From: Candidatus Atelocyanobacterium thalassae
GTDB lineage: Bacteria > Cyanobacteriota > Cyanobacteriia > Cyanobacteriales > Microcystaceae
Length of the DNA: 64,000 nucleotides
Assembly: GCA_051971635.1 (NCBI GenBank)
Contig: JBFPLN010000003.1
Coordinates: 288,001 to 352,000, forward strand
Direction: 5' to 3'
Shown here: piece by piece, positions 1 to 11,174 of the stretch
Position numbering within the stretch: position 1 is the first letter of the stretch
Layout: each line of letters opens with the position of its first letter
The notes under the pieces: generated by a model
What the model saw: the letters and a program-made list of their open reading frames with translations, nothing else
Databases searched by the model: none
What the model was told of the DNA's origin: nothing
Made by a program: the position numbers and the translations under genes

Positions 1-1
1 T

Positions 2-511
2 CCTGTATGTACCACTGAATTAGGTATGGTCGCTAACTTCAAGACAGAGTTCGAAAAGCGCAATGTTAAAATTTTAGCTTTAAGTATAGATGATGTAGAT
101 TCTCATCAAGGGTGGATAAGTGATATCAATGAAACTCAAAATACTACTGTAAATTACCCTATTATTGCTGATTCTGATTCTAAAGTAGCTAACTTATATG
201 GGATGATTCATCCTAAATCTTTGAACAAACTTACAGTTCGTTCTGTATTCATTATTGATCCTGATAAGAAGATCCGTTTAACCTTGACTTACCCTGCTAG
301 TACTGGAAGAAACTTTGACGAAATCTTGAGAGTGATTGATTCTTTACAATTAACTGATTATTATCAAGTAGCGACTCCAGCTAATTGGAAAGATGGTGAC
401 AATTGTGTTGTTGTACCCTCTATCTCTACTGATGAAGCTAAGAAGAAGTTCCCAAAAGGTGTAACTGAAGTTAAACCATACTTACGTATGACTCCTCAGC
501 CAAATAAATAA
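2..511 (+). CDS. 1-Cys peroxiredoxin (Prx6 family), 5'-truncated by the window edge
   Basis: The frame is open from base 2 and reads PVCTTELGM, the Prx6 PVCTTE peroxidatic motif. It also has YPASTGRNFDEILR and the C-terminal PYLR. Confidence 0.93.
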   Translation, partial: PVCTTELGMVANFKTEFEKRNVKILALSIDDVDSHQGWISDINETQNTTVNYPIIADSDSKVANLYGMIHPKSLNKLTVRSVFIIDPDKKIRLTLTYPASTGRNFDEILRVIDSLQLTDYYQVATPANWKDGDNCVVVPSISTDEAKKKFPKGVTEVKPYLRMTPQPNK

Positions 512-677
512 AAATTAAGCGAGTTTTTAAGCTTCTTAATTACACAAGCAGAGAAAGTATCTTAGCAGAATTATTTTCTCTGTTTACTCATAAAATACGG
601 ATAAGCTCAGTAATTTATTCATTTCTTTGGAATTTTATATATATGTATGAACTATATATAAACATTTCGAGAAATAT

Positions 678-686
678 TGCTATAAT
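678..686 (+). promoter_or_regulatory. Extended -10 element (TGCTATAAT) upstream of rpmB
   Basis: Exact TGnTATAAT about 37 nt before the ATG at 723. The AT-rich background lowers specificity. Confidence 0.5.
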
Positions 687-722
687 AGTAGTTCATATTA
701 TCTATTAATTGAGAGCTTTGGA

Positions 723-959
723 ATGTCTAGAAAATGTCAATTAACTGGGAAAAAAGCAAATAATGGTTTTGCTGTCTCACATTCTCATCGTCGTACTAAA
801 AAATTGCAACAAGTAAATTTGCAATGGAAAAGAATCTGGTGGGCAGAAGGTAATCGTTGGATAAAACTACGTCTTTCCACAAAAGCTATCAAGACCTTAG
901 AAAAGAAAGGTCTTCATCTTATGGCTAAAGAAGCAGGTATTAATTTAAATAAGCTTTAA
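723..959 (+). CDS. rpmB: 50S ribosomal protein L28
   Basis: [29 protein letters not shown], cyanobacterial L28. Confidence 0.98.
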   Translation: MSRKCQLTGKKANNGFAVSHSHRRTKKLQQVNLQWKRIWWAEGNRWIKLRLSTKAIKTLEKKGLHLMAKEAGINLNKL

Positions 960-1442
960 GTTACTAATAATTTAATTAAGTAAAGTATAGTTGCTTCATT
1001 GAGATGGTAAAACAATACATAAACTTTTACCAATCTCCCTTAATTATTATTAAACTGTTGAAGTTTTGAAAAATGGTGTTGATGATAAGTCATAAAAATT
1101 TAGATTAGATAGAAAGACTAAAAATCCAAATACTTGGAATATATAAAATGTTTCAAATAGAAAAATATTTACTATTAATAATTTGTATTATAAAAGCTAA
1201 AATTGATATATTCTAATTTTTATGATTATCAATTTTATACTAAAAATAGTAAAACTATTTTCTAGATTCATAATATCAAACCAATAATGAATTATTCTTC
1301 ATTTTCAGACAAAGTATAAATATTTATAGTTTAATTTTTAAGAGTTACTAAAGACAGCATAAAAACTATATTAAAATACCTTTCTAATATAAGAAGTTAA
1401 TACTAGATATAGTTATTAAATACTTTATCTAAAGATTAATTT

Positions 1443-2396
1443 GTGAAAATAAATGTATTAATTATGTTATTCATCAAAAAAAAATTAAGATGGATTTTTT
1501 TTACATTGTCACTGCTGGTCATCATAGTGATTCTGAGAGACAGTTGGCAAGATATTCAAAATATTCATATAAGACCTCATGGTTACCTATTTTTGTTTTT
1601 ATCTTTATTGATAATTTTTTTTACTAATATTTGGTCAGGATTTCTTTGGGTTTACATACTTAGAAGTTGTCAACAACCTATTAAAATCAATCACGGTTTA
1701 AGAATTTACTTAATTACTAATATTTACAAGTATTTACCAGGAAATATAGGTCATTTTTTAAAACGAATCTACGAGCTTCAAAAACTTGGCTATTCTGCTT
1801 CTATTGTTAGTATAGGGATTGTTATAGAACCATTTTTAATGGCTCTATCTGCTTTATTAATTACGTTACTAATATATATCGTAGATACTACAAAAATAAC
1901 TGTAAATATTAGTATATTATTTTTATATCTTATCCCAATTGTTATTACTCTAGTTATTATTCATCCATTCTTTTTAAACAAAATAGTCATCTATTTGTCT
2001 AAGAAGAAATATAAAATTTTAGAAAGTGAGAACAAAAACCATATCAGAAAATATCCAGGATTAATAATACTAGGGGAAGTAGGATTTATTTTGTTGAAAG
2101 CACAAGGCTTTATCCTGACCTTAATGTCATTTACTCCAGTATCATTAGATCATTTTTTGACATTAATAAGTTCTTTTAGCTTTGCTTGGCTTTTAGGTTT
2201 AGTTACACCAGGTGCACCTGGAGGAATAGGTATATTTGAAGTAACAATTTTACAAATGCTTAGCTCATTTTTACCTAATACAGAAATCATTTTAGCAACT
2301 GTGGCTATTTTTAGAGTAACCAATATCCTTGCTGAAGTACTAGGAATGTGTCTGGCATATCTCATTAACAACCCTCTTAAAAAGATATATAAATAA
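1443..2396 (+). CDS. Lysylphosphatidylglycerol synthase TM-domain / UPF0104 flippase-like membrane protein
   Basis: Multiple TM segments, KYLPGNI and TPGAPGGIGIFE motifs. Confidence 0.75.
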   Translation: MKINVLIMLFIKKKLRWIFFTLSLLVIIVILRDSWQDIQNIHIRPHGYLFLFLSLLIIFFTNIWSGFLWVYILRSCQQPIKINHGLRIYLITNIYKYLPGNIGHFLKRIYELQKLGYSASIVSIGIVIEPFLMALSALLITLLIYIVDTTKITVNISILFLYLIPIVITLVIIHPFFLNKIVIYLSKKKYKILESENKNHIRKYPGLIILGEVGFILLKAQGFILTLMSFTPVSLDHFLTLISSFSFAWLLGLVTPGAPGGIGIFEVTILQMLSSFLPNTEIILATVAIFRVTNILAEVLGMCLAYLINNPLKKIYK

Positions 2397-2490
2397 GCTG
2401 AATAGTTATTTTTATCTATACTTTTTAATGCTCAAGTTATTAAACAACATACTTGTTATGCTAATACTCTTCCATAAAGTATTAAAGGTA

Positions 2491-2982
2491 TTATCTATAT
2501 AATTTTCTCGATTGTGAGACAAAGGAATATATCTCTTCTTCTATGTGTTCGATTATTTTTTTCATAGCCGGTTTTAAATCAGAGCTAATTTCTAGTCCAA
2601 AAGCCAAACTTTTTACTTGAATGAGATATACAGTAATATCTTTAGGAAATTCTTCCTTAAATATTTTTTTACCTACTGCTAAAGCATTGTCCCATCTAAA
2701 ATCATGCAAGCTATTACTAGGTTCTGGTAACTCTTCCAATTCTTCCCCTGGTACTCTATAAATATCGCCTGGATAAGAATTTATTGAGCAAGCATCTATA
2801 ATAATTAATTTTTGACTACCTCTTGCTTGAAACATAACCTCCATACCTGAAGTTCCGCAATCAAAAATATTAATTTTAGAAAAAAATTTTCTTTGGTAAT
2901 TTTTTTGTAGCTTTTGCGCAATAATTGCTCCTATTGCATCATCACAACGATTTAAGTTACCACAGCCAATAATTGTTAACAT
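2491..2982 (-). CDS. hupW: Uptake [NiFe]-hydrogenase maturation endopeptidase
   Basis: Probable start is the ATG at 2982 (MLTIIGCGNLNRCDDAIG), with DCGTSGMEVMFQARGS and SLHDFRWD typical of cyanobacterial HupW. The track's longer start overlaps cobD. Confidence 0.88.
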   Translation of the reverse strand: MLTIIGCGNLNRCDDAIGAIIAQKLQKNYQRKFFSKINIFDCGTSGMEVMFQARGSQKLIIIDACSINSYPGDIYRVPGEELEELPEPSNSLHDFRWDNALAVGKKIFKEEFPKDITVYLIQVKSLAFGLEISSDLKPAMKKIIEHIEEEIYSFVSQSRKLYR

Positions 2983-3004
2983 TATAAAACCAATTCTATA
3001 AAGA

Positions 3005-4069
3005 TTAGACCCTAAGAGTTTCTGATAGTGCGTCAAGAAGTCTTTGATTATCTTGTTCTGCCCGTACTGCGACCCTAAAGTATTTATCACCTAATTTGTG
3101 AAAACTTAAACAATCGCGAATTAAAATATGATGCTTGTGTAGCAGCTGTTCTTGTAATTTAGAGCTTTCTATTAATGTTTCTACCAGAAAAAAATTGACA
3201 GAGCTGGATATCGGCTTTAATCCTTTTATCTTTGACAAGCCTTGGAATAACTTTTTGCGATTGAATAAGAGCCATTGTCTTGTACTATTTGTAAATTCCT
3301 TATCATTAATTGCTGCAATTCCTGCGACAGTGGCTAAGTAATTTACAGACCAGGGATCTCTCCAAGCTTGCCATTTCTTTAAACGATCAGGATGGGAAAT
3401 TGCACATCCTAACCTTAGTCCAGGAATGCTATAAAACTTTGTTAGAGACCGTAAGATGATTAAGTTAGAATATTTTGATACCCAAGAAATTAAACTTTCT
3501 TGTTGGAGAGGATCAACAAAATCCATAAATGCCTCATCTACTACAACTAAAGATAGATTTTCTAGTAAATTTACAAAAAGCTCTTTCTTCAACAACTTTC
3601 CTGTTGGATTATGAGGATTGTTAATAATCACACCTGATTTTTCCCATTGAAAGTTATCAGGTGTAGCTATAGGATTATCTTGCTGCCACAAAAAATCAAT
3701 TGATTTAACATTTGCTTGAAATGTTTTTAGTGCTCTCAAATAATCGTTAAAAAAAGGATTAAAGATATAGGCTATTTCTTGTTGTGCTAGTTCACGTCCT
3801 GCCCAAGTTAATAATTCGGCAACCCCATTTCCAATGAGAATCCATTCAGGAGATAGTTTATAATACTGAGCCAAAATTTCTCTTAATTCTGTATAGTTTG
3901 GATCAGGATAATGGTTAATATTTTGTAGTGAACTTTGAATCGCATTCAAAACACTTTGAGGTGGACCAATAGGATTTATACTAGCAGAAAAATCTAGTAT
4001 GGAAGAAGTAGGACAACCAATCTGACAGGCTGCCCAGAATAAATTTCCTCCATGAACAGGACGTTGCAT
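3005..4069 (-). CDS. cobD: L-threonine-O-3-phosphate decarboxylase (cobalamin synthesis, PLP-dependent)
   Basis: HGGN N-terminus, DFSASINPIGPP, NNPHNPTG, DEAFMDF, SLTKFYSIPGLRLG. Confidence 0.88.
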   Translation of the reverse strand: MQRPVHGGNLFWAACQIGCPTSSILDFSASINPIGPPQSVLNAIQSSLQNINHYPDPNYTELREILAQYYKLSPEWILIGNGVAELLTWAGRELAQQEIAYIFNPFFNDYLRALKTFQANVKSIDFLWQQDNPIATPDNFQWEKSGVIINNPHNPTGKLLKKELFVNLLENLSLVVVDEAFMDFVDPLQQESLISWVSKYSNLIILRSLTKFYSIPGLRLGCAISHPDRLKKWQAWRDPWSVNYLATVAGIAAINDKEFTNSTRQWLLFNRKKLFQGLSKIKGLKPISSSVNFFLVETLIESSKLQEQLLHKHHILIRDCLSFHKLGDKYFRVAVRAEQDNQRLLDALSETLRV

Positions 4070-4081
4070 ATTTATAAATAA

Positions 4082-4363
4082 CTAGTCTTTAAGAGCGACT
4101 TTTTCTTTAAAAAGCTTCCCAGCCGAAAATGCAGGAACCTTAGTTGCAGGAATACTCATTTTTTCATTAGTTTTAGGATTACGTCCTTCTCGAGCTTTAC
4201 GATTACGAGCTTCAAAAGATCCGAAACCTACGAGCGTAACTTTATCATCTCCTGCGACTGCTTCCATAATGGTTTCAATCGTAGCACTGATAACGCTATC
4301 TGCTTGTTTCTTAGTAACATCAATTTTATTTGCTACTGTATCGATTAATTCCCCTTTATTCAT
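4082..4363 (-). CDS. hup: DNA-binding protein HU
   Basis: MNKGELID...LVGFGSFEAR...GRNPKT; a GGGAGA SD lies upstream of the ATG at 4363. Confidence 0.96.
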   Translation of the reverse strand: MNKGELIDTVANKIDVTKKQADSVISATIETIMEAVAGDDKVTLVGFGSFEARNRKAREGRNPKTNEKMSIPATKVPAFSAGKLFKEKVALKD

Positions 4364-4580
4364 TTGATAATCTCCCAATTTGACATTTTTTACACTGATT
4401 TATTTTTTGACATCATACCAAGAAATATATCGTTTGCAACTTATTTAGCAAAATTAAATTCTTAAATCCTAATAGAAGATTTAATTTTTAAAATATTATA
4501 CTGACTTATCTCACTGAAAATAATCAGATTAAATCAAAATATAATATTAGTGAACTAATTATTTTAAGAGCAATAATATC

Positions 4581-4615
4581 GAAAAGCAGTAAGAAATATA
4601 ATCTTACTGCTTCTC
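4581..4615 (-). terminator. Hairpin downstream of dxs
   Basis: GAAAAGCAGTAAGA-N7-TCTTACTGCTTCTC, about 30 nt past the dxs stop. Confidence 0.65.
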
Positions 4616-4646
4616 AGTATAGCCCTAAAGGTTTAACTTACAGTCT

Positions 4647-6557
4647 TTACTTAATAATTGACGGCTGCGGAAAATTAAAGAAAATTTTTCTAATCTTTTC
4701 AGCAATTTGAGGACTAGTCAACTGTAAATCTGCTTTTGATTGATCAGGAGTAGCATGATCAACTAGTTGATCAGGAATTCCAATTCTCTTAATTGGGACT
4801 ACAATATCAAGATCTGTTAAGGCCTCGGTGACAGCTGACCCAAATCCACCCATCAAGCAGCCTTCTTCTAGAGTAACTACTTTACCAATATTTTTAGCTA
4901 GTGGCGCGATTAAATCAATATCTAAAGGTTTAACAAAGCGTGCGTTAACAACAGTTGCTTCAACACCGTGTTCTTTCAGAATTTCAGCTACTTGCAATGA
5001 CTGATAAACCATGGTTCCATAAGCTATTAATAAAATATCATCACCATTACGAAGAATCTCACCTTGGCCAATAGGAATGGATTCCCAACCTTCTTCCATT
5101 AAAGGAACTCCGACACCACTACCACGAGGGAAACGCATAGCAATAGGACCTGATACATGATTGATACCTGTAACTACCATGCGTTGCAGTTCTGCTTCGT
5201 CTTTAGGAGCCATTATTGTCATGTTTGGTATACAACGTAAGTAAGCTATGTCATATAAACCTTGATGAGTAGGCCCATCAGCTCCAACAATACCTGCCCT
5301 ATCTAAGCAGAAAAATACAGGAAGATTTTGAATACCAACGTCATGTAAAACCTGATCGTATGCTCGCTGCAAGAAAGTTGAGTAAATTGCAACTAGGGGG
5401 CGTATTCCTTCACAAGCTAACCCAGCAGCTAAAGTAACTGCGTGTTGTTCAGCAATACCAACATCGATATACTGTTCCGGCAATTTGGCTTGAAGCTTAT
5501 CTAGGCCAGTTCCTGTAGCCATTGCAGCAGTAATACCAATAATTCTTGAATTATTTTGAGCTAAAGTTGTCAAAGTATGTGCAAAAACTTTGGAATAACT
5601 AGGGGGTTTGGGAGTATTAGAAGGTATTGCTTTTCCTGTAGCAAGACTAAATGGACTTTGAGCATGATAGCCAACCTGATCTTTCTCCGCAATTTCGTAA
5701 CCTTTACCTTTGACAGTGGATACATGTACAAAGACAGGTCCAGTAGCTTTATGCGCTTGCTTAAAAGTAGAAATTAATTCTTCTATATTGTGACCATCTA
5801 TAGGTCCAAAATATTTAAAACCTAGTTCTTCAATAACCGCACCGACCTTAGGCATAGCTAAGCGTTTTACGCCCTCTCTTAGCCTTTCCATTTCGGGAGT
5901 CAAGGAATCACCAAAAAAAGGTAAATGTTTAAATTGTTCTTCGATATTATCTGAAATAAATTGCACAGGATCGCTTAATCTAACTTTGTTGAGATAGCGA
6001 GAGATAGCCCCAACGTTAGGCGAAATAGACATTTCATTATCATTAAGAACAACCATGAGGTTAGTATTGGGGAGATGGCCAGCATGATTAATAGCTTCTA
6101 AAGCCATTCCCCCCGTTAAGGCTCCATCACCAATAATAGAGACCACTTTATAATTTTCACCTTTGTTATCCCTGGCTATAGCCATTCCGAGACCTGCAGA
6201 AATACTTGTAGAAGCATGTCCAGCCCCAAAGTGGTCAAATCTACTTTCACATCTTTTTAAATATCCAGCGATACCATTCTTTTGACGTAGAGTATGAAAG
6301 CTATGATAGCGACCAGTTAAGATTTTATGAGGATAGGCTTGATGTCCTACATCCCATATAACTTTGTCTTGATCTAGATCAAGAGTTTGATAAAGTGCAA
6401 TAGTTAGCTCTACAACTCCCAATCCTGGCCCAAGATGTCCTCCACTAGCTGCAATAGTTTGTAAATGTTTTTCTCTAATTTGACGGGCAACATCTTCTAA
6501 TTGACGAATTGGTAGCCCGTGTAACTGGTTAGGATGAGTAATATCACTTAAATTCAT
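4647..6557 (-). CDS. dxs: 1-deoxy-D-xylulose-5-phosphate synthase
   Basis: [34 protein letters not shown] motif, [13 protein letters not shown]. Confidence 0.98.
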   Translation of the reverse strand: MNLSDITHPNQLHGLPIRQLEDVARQIREKHLQTIAASGGHLGPGLGVVELTIALYQTLDLDQDKVIWDVGHQAYPHKILTGRYHSFHTLRQKNGIAGYLKRCESRFDHFGAGHASTSISAGLGMAIARDNKGENYKVVSIIGDGALTGGMALEAINHAGHLPNTNLMVVLNDNEMSISPNVGAISRYLNKVRLSDPVQFISDNIEEQFKHLPFFGDSLTPEMERLREGVKRLAMPKVGAVIEELGFKYFGPIDGHNIEELISTFKQAHKATGPVFVHVSTVKGKGYEIAEKDQVGYHAQSPFSLATGKAIPSNTPKPPSYSKVFAHTLTTLAQNNSRIIGITAAMATGTGLDKLQAKLPEQYIDVGIAEQHAVTLAAGLACEGIRPLVAIYSTFLQRAYDQVLHDVGIQNLPVFFCLDRAGIVGADGPTHQGLYDIAYLRCIPNMTIMAPKDEAELQRMVVTGINHVSGPIAMRFPRGSGVGVPLMEEGWESIPIGQGEILRNGDDILLIAYGTMVYQSLQVAEILKEHGVEATVVNARFVKPLDIDLIAPLAKNIGKVVTLEEGCLMGGFGSAVTEALTDLDIVVPIKRIGIPDQLVDHATPDQSKADLQLTSPQIAEKIRKIFFNFPQPSIIK

Positions 6558-7016
6558 AATGGTTTACTTTATACCATCTTGATTTGGTTGTTATGTTATG
6601 TTGATTTGATTGTTATATCAAATAATAGAATCTCTCTTAGATATAGTAACTTCTATTATTTGTATTTAACTTATTTTTTTAATCAATTAAATTTATTTCT
6701 TCTATATCAAAGATTATTAAATTTATTATCAGTTATAAATATAAATATATTTGTCTTATTTGTCATATAAAGTCATGAGTCATATAAGTTAAAATTTAAC
6801 AAATTTGTTTGTTCTTTGTGATTTAGTCGTATTTACTTTTGATTATAAAATAAGTATTTTTTATTTTAATAATATTTTTTCCTTGCAGTCTTAAATATTT
6901 TTGATTCTAATTCTTTTCTATAAATGACCTAATCTACACACAATGCACGCAAATGACAAAGAATATGTAACAATATTAGTTCCATACAATATTTAGGGCT
7001 TAACTTTTAATTATCC

Positions 7017-7382
7017 ATGACTACAACAAACTCTAATAATCAAAATGATAAAGTACTCAACGCGATGAAAAAGTTTGCTGAACAGTACGCAAAAAGAACA
7101 AATACTTATTTTTGTAGTGAACCTTCTGTTACAGCAGTAGTTATCGAAGGGCTTTCTAGGCATAAAGAAAAACTAGGTTCTCCGTTATGCCCGTGTCGTC
7201 ATTATGAGGATAAAGCCGCAGAAGTTAAAAGTACCTACTGGAACTGTCCTTGTGTTCCCATGCGAGAACGTAAAGAATGTCATTGTATGTTGTTCTTAAC
7301 GCCAGATAATAATTTTGCTGGGAAAGAACAAGAAATCGATTTAGAATTTATAAAAGAAGTACGAGAAAGTATGTCAAATTAG
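7017..7382 (+). CDS. ftrC: Ferredoxin-thioredoxin reductase catalytic (beta) subunit
   Basis: CPC...CPC...CHC 4Fe-4S and redox motifs (PLCPCRHY, WNCPCVPM, ECHCMLF). Confidence 0.96.
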   Translation: MTTTNSNNQNDKVLNAMKKFAEQYAKRTNTYFCSEPSVTAVVIEGLSRHKEKLGSPLCPCRHYEDKAAEVKSTYWNCPCVPMRERKECHCMLFLTPDNNFAGKEQEIDLEFIKEVRESMSN

Positions 7383-7387
7383 CCAAT

Positions 7388-7783
7388 ATGACTACAGAAA
7401 ATTTTTTAAAAGGGGTCAAGCAATTTAACCAAAGAGAATTTTATGCCTGTCATGATACGTTAGAAGCTATTTGGGTAAAAGCAATTGACATAGATAAACA
7501 TTTTTATCAAGGTATATTGCAGATATCAGTTGGTTGTTATCATCTAGTGAATAATAATTGGCATGGAGCAGTTACTTTATTAGGAGAAGGAATAAGAAAA
7601 CTTTATGACTACCAACCAAGCTATAAGAGCGTTGACGTCTCTTGTCTCTTAGAAGAAAGTGAAAAATTATTAATGTATCTTCACAATATAGATCCTGATA
7701 ATATCAGTGAATTTTCTGCAATTTTAACAGCAAATGTTAATCATTCTCCATGCAAGCTGCCTTATATTACGATAATTTCGTAA
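7388..7783 (+). CDS. DUF309 family protein
   Basis: FNQREFYACHDTLEAIW...FYQGILQ signature, directly downstream of ftrC. Confidence 0.88.
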   Translation: MTTENFLKGVKQFNQREFYACHDTLEAIWVKAIDIDKHFYQGILQISVGCYHLVNNNWHGAVTLLGEGIRKLYDYQPSYKSVDVSCLLEESEKLLMYLHNIDPDNISEFSAILTANVNHSPCKLPYITIIS

Positions 7784-8059
7784 CATAAATTAGAATTTTA
7801 AGTATCTAGGCTTTTTAGTAATTATTTTTTAATAGATAGATTTATTAATCTTTAAAAAAATAAGCTTATTAGCTTTTCTATATTCAAAATAAAAACTACT
7901 TTCTATCCGTTCTTTACAAAAAATGAGAATAATAAGTTACTGCTTAAAATTCCCAAAATAAAATTTCTTTGTAGACATAAATCTAAGATCTATAGCTCAT
8001 AGCTACTAGTAATTTAATTTCCTCTAGAAAGCTTATTTATCTTTAATATGTATTAATTA

Positions 8060-8533
8060 ATGCGATACACTGAGGAAGTTTTATTCTATAATATGAACAA
8101 AAATAATATGAGAAAAAAAATATATCAAAAAATTATTATAATTTTTTCAGGTTTAGCATTATTTGGTAGTATGACCGTCGCAACTTTTTCTTTTAAGCAA
8201 TCTTCTCCGTCTTCATTATCAAAATCAAATACTGAAACAATCTACTCCATAGATGAAAGACTCTATTCTATTATTCAGGGATATGAAACTGTCTTGGAAA
8301 GAGAACCAAATAATATGACTGCTAAACAGGGACTAGAAGAGGCTTTAAGAACTTTAGTTGCTACTCAAATACAAGCAAAAAATTTAGACAAAACTATTCC
8401 AATAATGGAAAAGCTTACGGCATTAGTACCAGAAAATGATCAATATAGAAATATATTAAAGCAAATTAAAAATAATATGAATTCAAATACTAAAGTACAT
8501 GATTTGAATACATCTAATCCTAATAATCCTTAG
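8060..8533 (+). CDS. Membrane-anchored TPR-like hypothetical protein (true start may be 8093 or 8108)
   Basis: N-terminal hydrophobic segment, then the TPR-like helix pair GYETVLEREPNNMTAKQGL. Confidence 0.7.
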   Translation: MRYTEEVLFYNMNKNNMRKKIYQKIIIIFSGLALFGSMTVATFSFKQSSPSSLSKSNTETIYSIDERLYSIIQGYETVLEREPNNMTAKQGLEEALRTLVATQIQAKNLDKTIPIMEKLTALVPENDQYRNILKQIKNNMNSNTKVHDLNTSNPNNP

Positions 8534-8540
8534 TCAATTT

Positions 8541-9038
8541 TTAAGTAGTCGCACGTTTGATCATCAAACGTTGATTTGATTCTTGACCACGATTTTCAAC
8601 TGCTAAGTCATTAATATGTTTCAAAAATAAATGTACTTGACGACGTTCATTTAGAGAAAGAGAGGTCATTTCTACTTCCTATTCTGTTTTACAGACTTTT
8701 TGCGCAGTTTCCTGAAGAAAATTTTTTAATTATTTATGGCGTCTAAAACGATAATTATTTAATTCAATTGTAAACTTATATACATTAGAGAAATCTACAT
8801 CATAATTAATAAAAGTATTAACTACATGTTCAATAGCATCAATGAACTCTCCTCGTTGTCCTATCAATCTAAATATATCTTGAGATGTTAATTATTCTTT
8901 GTTAATGATCAACCAAATCTCATTGATTTTATTTAGCTCATTTTTTTTATATTTAACTTTTACGTTTACTGTAAACCCCATTAATTCTAATAATTTTTCT
9001 AACCATTCTTGACCAATATCTTCCTGTCTTTATTTCAT
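8541..9038 (-). pseudogene. jag: Jag/KhpB (EloR) KH+R3H RNA-binding protein pseudogene
   Basis: Manual translation of one frame gives MK*RQEDIGQEWLEKLLELMGF...WLIINKE*LTSQDIFRLIGQRGEFIDAIEHVVN...TIELNNYRFRRHK*LKNFLQETAQKVCKTE*EVEMTSLSLNERRQVHLFLK...ENRGQESNQRLMIKRATT*. The KH GxxG (GQRG) and R3H (RRQVH) motifs are present. It lies downstream of yidC, where jag normally sits. Confidence 0.92.
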
Positions 9039-9176
9039 TCCGAAAACTACATTTTTAGTGTTTAACTAGTTAGAATTATTAAAAATTATGATATTTGTAC
9101 TACTCATATTCTATGAGAAACTTCAAATTATTCTATATATTTTTTGTGAAATAGTTAAAATCAAATAGTTCCATCA

Positions 9177-9210
9177 TTTTCTAAAACGCAATGGAAAGCG
9201 TTTTAGAAAA
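9177..9210 (-). terminator. Hairpin downstream of yidC
   Basis: TTTTCTAAAACGC-N8-GCGTTTTAGAAAA, perfect 13-bp arms. Confidence 0.65.
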
Positions 9211-9219
9211 TAATAGAAA

Positions 9220-10356
9220 TCAAGAAGTTTTTTCTTTTTTCTTTGAACGTTTTTCGAAAGGTAGTGACTCTCTGGTTATCTCTTCCTTCTGTTGTTGTTC
9301 TACTAATTTTTGCAGATTTTCTGGTAGTGGTTCTCGCATAAGAATAAGGCTCTGTAATGTTTGAAAAACATTAGCCACCACAATATACATTAAAACTCCT
9401 GCAGGTAAAGGGAAAAACAAGAACATACCACTAAATAGAATTGGGGTAATCTTAGTAATTGCTTGTTGTTGCTGTGGTCCACTACCGGAGGTACCTGATA
9501 GTTCTTGGTTGACATAAATACTGGCACCAAAAAATAATATCATTGCTAGAATATCCCAGTTAATAGTTCCATCTTCGCCCATTACACCTACTTGTCCTAG
9601 TGCTTTGATAAAAAGAAATCCTTTATTCGCAGCAATACCAGGGATAGTAGCCTTTATAGTAACTTCTCCAGGATACAAAGCTTTAAAAGTTCCATCCTGA
9701 TAATTTTCTAGTTTCTCCGCGCCTTTTACAACTTCAAAAATTGGTTGAATTTTATTGTAAGAATTTTGAGAGGTTAGTTGCGCAAGTGATTCGCCTGCAG
9801 TGTTTTCGAATACAACGTTTGACTTTTCGCCTATTTCTAATTTATTGCCTTTTGGGAATGATGCTGTTAAAGGAAAATGTAAACCATCACTAATGTAAAT
9901 ATTATTAGGTTTAGTTTGGAACGGTTGTGAGGTGACTACCTCTATGTGCTCTTTTGGTAATATCTGAGCATCTAACGTATAGCTAATATCAGCGAAAGGT
10001 GACCCTCTTAAAGTTGCAAATAAAGCAAAAAGAATAGGCATTTGTAGCAAAAGGGGCAAACAACCTGCTAAAGGATTACCAAACTCCTTCATTAATTTTC
10101 CCATCTCTTCTTGCTGCTTTGCAGAATCGTCTTTATAACGACGTTGAATCTCTTCTTGCCTTTCTTTCATCAAGGGCTGAGTAATTTTCATTTTTCGCAT
10201 ATTGCGAATCTGCCCTGCACTTAAAGGATACAAAGCTAAACGAATTACTAATGTCAAAGCAATAATTGAAAAGCCATAACTAGGCACAATCCCATAAAAA
10301 AAATCTAGGATTGGTAGCATAATATTTGTAGAAATAAATCCGATCCCAAAATCCAT
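9220..10356 (-). CDS. yidC: Membrane protein insertase YidC/Alb3
   Basis: [19 protein letters not shown] and [20 protein letters not shown] motifs; lies in the rpmH-rnpA-yidC-jag cluster. Confidence 0.97.
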   Translation of the reverse strand: MDFGIGFISTNIMLPILDFFYGIVPSYGFSIIALTLVIRLALYPLSAGQIRNMRKMKITQPLMKERQEEIQRRYKDDSAKQQEEMGKLMKEFGNPLAGCLPLLLQMPILFALFATLRGSPFADISYTLDAQILPKEHIEVVTSQPFQTKPNNIYISDGLHFPLTASFPKGNKLEIGEKSNVVFENTAGESLAQLTSQNSYNKIQPIFEVVKGAEKLENYQDGTFKALYPGEVTIKATIPGIAANKGFLFIKALGQVGVMGEDGTINWDILAMILFFGASIYVNQELSGTSGSGPQQQQAITKITPILFSGMFLFFPLPAGVLMYIVVANVFQTLQSLILMREPLPENLQKLVEQQQKEEITRESLPFEKRSKKKEKTS

Positions 10357-10776
10357 TCTTCTTAATCCAAATTATTTTTCTAAAAGGTTATCTATCTATA
10401 TAGACTTAATATGAAAGTGAAAAGGTAATAGTAACTAAAAGTTATCTCATCTTACTTTTAGTTTTAGAAGTTACTTAAGAATAATCATCCAAAATATTTT
10501 ACTTCATAACTTGAGTATTTCTAAAATATAGGAAAAGATGTAAATAACCATTATATTTATGCGTAACAGAATAAAATTATCATATCAACTAGCTACATGA
10601 GTAATTAGTATTAATTCCATTGCAATATAGTTACAATCTACAAATGATAAAAAATTGTTACTCTTTTAAACTAATAGTATATTTTAATTTTCTAAATAAT
10701 CGAATTTAAATAAATTATGACTAATTCTAATTCATCATGAAAAGATTTATAAAAATGTAATTTTTCTAATAGCCAT
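10357..10776 (-). pseudogene. Possible heavily eroded remnant of the PH-domain gene normally found between rnpA and yidC
   Basis: An ATG overlapping the rnpA 3' end reads MAIRKITFL*, and the gap is about 420 nt, the size of a ~130-aa gene. There are many stops and only weak similarity by eye. Confidence 0.3.
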
Positions 10777-11131
10777 GAACAATTTTTGCATTAATCAACA
10801 ATTCTTCTATTTCTCTTAAAAGTATGCTGTGTTGGCATCCTTGAGTCTGTTTTTTGACTACTATAACGATTTGATACCCTGAAACAATTTTAGGTAAAAG
10901 GACATGGATTATCGATTTAATTTGCCGTTTTAAATAATTGCGAACTGTTGCCTTTTTACTGACCTTTTGGCTAATAGAAATACCAAATTGCGTTGGTATT
11001 ATTTGACAATTTTTATTAGTACCAAAAAGTGAGTGTATTACTACCTGAGAACTGTGGTAACACTCTCCTTTCCTGTAAACAGACTGAAAAGCCTCATAAT
11101 GCCTAAGGCGATTATTTCTAGGTAATCCCAC
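10766..11131 (-). CDS. rnpA: Ribonuclease P protein component
   Basis: GTG start; LPRNNRL and GISISQKVSKKATVRNYLKR RNR-like motif; follows rpmH. Confidence 0.93.
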   Translation of the reverse strand: MGLPRNNRLRHYEAFQSVYRKGECYHSSQVVIHSLFGTNKNCQIIPTQFGISISQKVSKKATVRNYLKRQIKSIIHVLLPKIVSGYQIVIVVKKQTQGCQHSILLREIEELLINAKIVHGY

Positions 11132-11174
11132 CTTTCCTCACAACTATTTGAATAGTTAGGATAGCACTATTGTC

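Noticed and set aside
1050..1190. Minus-strand stretch reading ...VFGFLVFLSN..., faintly like PsbI
   Set aside because: The similarity covers only a few hydrophobic residues expected from AT-rich DNA; the DPxRNP motif and a start are missing.
6579..6770. 63-aa ORF in the dxs/ftrC divergent spacer
   Set aside because: Very AT-rich, low-complexity L/I/N/Y/F composition with a TTG start; probably chance.
8541..9038. Genome-wide stop-codon reassignment as the explanation for in-frame TAA/TAG
   Set aside because: Conserved genes in the window (rpmB, rpsD, dxs, minD) end at TAA/TAG at the expected lengths and have no internal stops.
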